DNA of 35,059 nt from Terriglobales bacterium (lineage in GTDB: Bacteria; Acidobacteriota; Terriglobia; Terriglobales; Acidobacteriaceae): positions 1 to 35,059 of the forward strand of contig JBKKBM010000276.1 of the NCBI GenBank assembly GCA_046714215.1. Direction: 5' to 3'. Each line of letters starts with the position of its first letter. Within the stretch, counting starts at the first letter, position 1. The notes beneath the pieces were generated by a model. That model had not been told where the DNA came from, made no database searches, and worked only from the letters and a program-made list of their open reading frames with translations. This document shows positions 34,125-35,059 of this stretch, piece by piece. Position numbers and translations under genes: made by a program.

Positions 34125-34760
34125 CTAGTCCGGTGACGAGGGCTCAACCACGGCCTTCTTCTTCCGCCACCGCCACCACCCAAACCCCGCCGCCGCGGCC
34201 ACGCCCAGCGTGATCAATAATGCCGGCGTATGTTCCTTCACCAGGTTCCCGAACATGTGCACGATGTCCGGCCCAAAGCGCACCACGAAGAAAGACAGGA
34301 TAAGGAAGCGCAGCATCCTGCCCACGAACATTGCAGCCAAAAACAACGGCACCCGCATCTCAAACACGCCCGCGGCCAGGATGATCAGCTTCATCGGCGT
34401 TCCCGGCGGCAGCATGCACGGGATCATGATGAAGAAGAACTCGCCCCGCTCATGCCGATCGCGCATCTCCTCCAACCGTTTACGATCGATGCGCTTGAGC
34501 AGAAACAACTCACCGCCCGCGCGTCCGATCCAATAGGGCACTAGGCTTCCCACCGCCGACCCCACCGAGCCCATCAGGCAATAGAGCCAGAAGCGTCCTG
34601 GATCTTTGTAGACGTAGGTAGCGATCACCGGGTCCAGAGGTATCACGGGGATCACCGCGTCCACTGTGGCGATCACCAGCACACCCCAGATGCCGAAATA
34701 CGCCAACACACCGGCAAAGAACGCCGTGTACTGGCCAAAAATATGTTTCAGGGAATCCAA
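34125..34760 (-). CDS. DedA/VTT-domain (YqaA-like) membrane protein
   Basis: 211 aa and polytopic. ...DPVIATYV...GSAVGSLVPYWIGRAGGELFLLKRI...PPGTPMKLIILAAGVFEM is typical of SNARE-associated/DedA family proteins. Confidence 0.8.
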   Translation of the reverse strand: MDSLKHIFGQYTAFFAGVLAYFGIWGVLVIATVDAVIPVIPLDPVIATYVYKDPGRFWLYCLMGSVGSAVGSLVPYWIGRAGGELFLLKRIDRKRLEEMRDRHERGEFFFIMIPCMLPPGTPMKLIILAAGVFEMRVPLFLAAMFVGRMLRFLILSFFVVRFGPDIVHMFGNLVKEHTPALLITLGVAAAAGFGWWRWRKKKAVVEPSSPD

Positions 34761-34811
34761 AGGTGGAGGCTCGATCTCGTCCGTTCTTTTAAAAGTGTAT
34801 CAGCCTGAAAC

Positions 34812-35059
34812 CTACGCCGGTGACGCGTCGCGGTGTTCGGTCTTGCCCCGCAGCAGATCCAGGGCGTGCGGAATGAGATGCACGATGGCGGTGAGCGAGT
34901 CGGCTGCGCCGGTTGGATTTCCCGGCACATTTACGATGAGAGCCTGCCCCCGGCTGCCGCAGATGCCCCGACTCAAGGCAGCGAACGGCGTTTGCTTCAT
35001 GCCTTCCGCCCGCATCCATTCGCTCATGCCCGGCACTTCGCGGTCGCACACCGCGCGCG
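34812..35059 (-). CDS. MoaB/Mog family molybdenum cofactor biosynthesis protein, C-terminal part (5' end outside the window)
   Basis: ...[64 protein letters not shown] matches the conserved C-terminal half of MogA/MoaB-type proteins (PG-x-x-E-x-MR...LSR...G...LI-x-N-x-PG). The frame is open to the window edge. Confidence 0.75.
   Translation of the reverse strand, partial: RAVCDREVPGMSEWMRAEGMKQTPFAALSRGICGSRGQALIVNVPGNPTGAADSLTAIVHLIPHALDLLRGKTEHRDASPA

Overview
High-GC (about 60%) bacterial chromosomal window. The gene content tentatively suggests an Acidobacteriota-like genome (many small secreted CarboxypepD_reg-like proteins, DUF1579- and DUF6580-like genes), but I cannot verify this. 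The first half is the conserved translation/transcription cluster on the + strand: tRNA-Thr(TGT), tRNA-Thr(GGT), tRNA-Tyr, tRNA-Gly, a 109-aa ORF, tuf, rpmG, tRNA-Trp, secE, nusG, rplK, rplA, rplJ, rplL, rpoB and rpoC, closed by a clean intrinsic terminator near 17.54 kb. The second half is mixed housekeeping and envelope genes. These are a YihY/BrkB membrane protein, pyruvate kinase, an M28 peptidase-rhomboid pair, and a LysW-like zinc-ribbon mini-protein overlapping the first of two small secreted CarboxypepD_reg-like proteins. They are followed by rpsA, a HIT hydrolase, a patatin-like lipase, ligA, a DUF1579-like secreted protein, a DAG/lipid kinase, a YdjM-like hydrolase, a transposase remnant, a DUF6580-like membrane protein, a DedA protein and a partial MoaB/Mog gene. 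I found no rRNA, CRISPR array, intact mobile element, prophage or recognisable defence or toxin genes, and no convincing multi-gene novel system. The most unusual items are: (1) a roughly 64-aa four-Cys-pair (double zinc-ribbon-like) insertion in the N-terminal part of RpoB; (2) an orphan LysW-like carrier-protein homologue with a genetically encoded poly-Asp/Glu tail, translationally coupled to a secreted protein; (3) a patatin-like lipase whose catalytic domain is split by four predicted TM helices; (4) a roughly 72-nt structured repeat family with a compensatory base-pair change, present in both orientations in the tRNA-tuf and rplL-rpoB spacers; (5) a 5'-half tRNA-Gly pseudo-copy. Many long ORFs in the supplied track are antisense artefacts of high GC content, and several true genes start downstream of the listed ORF start.
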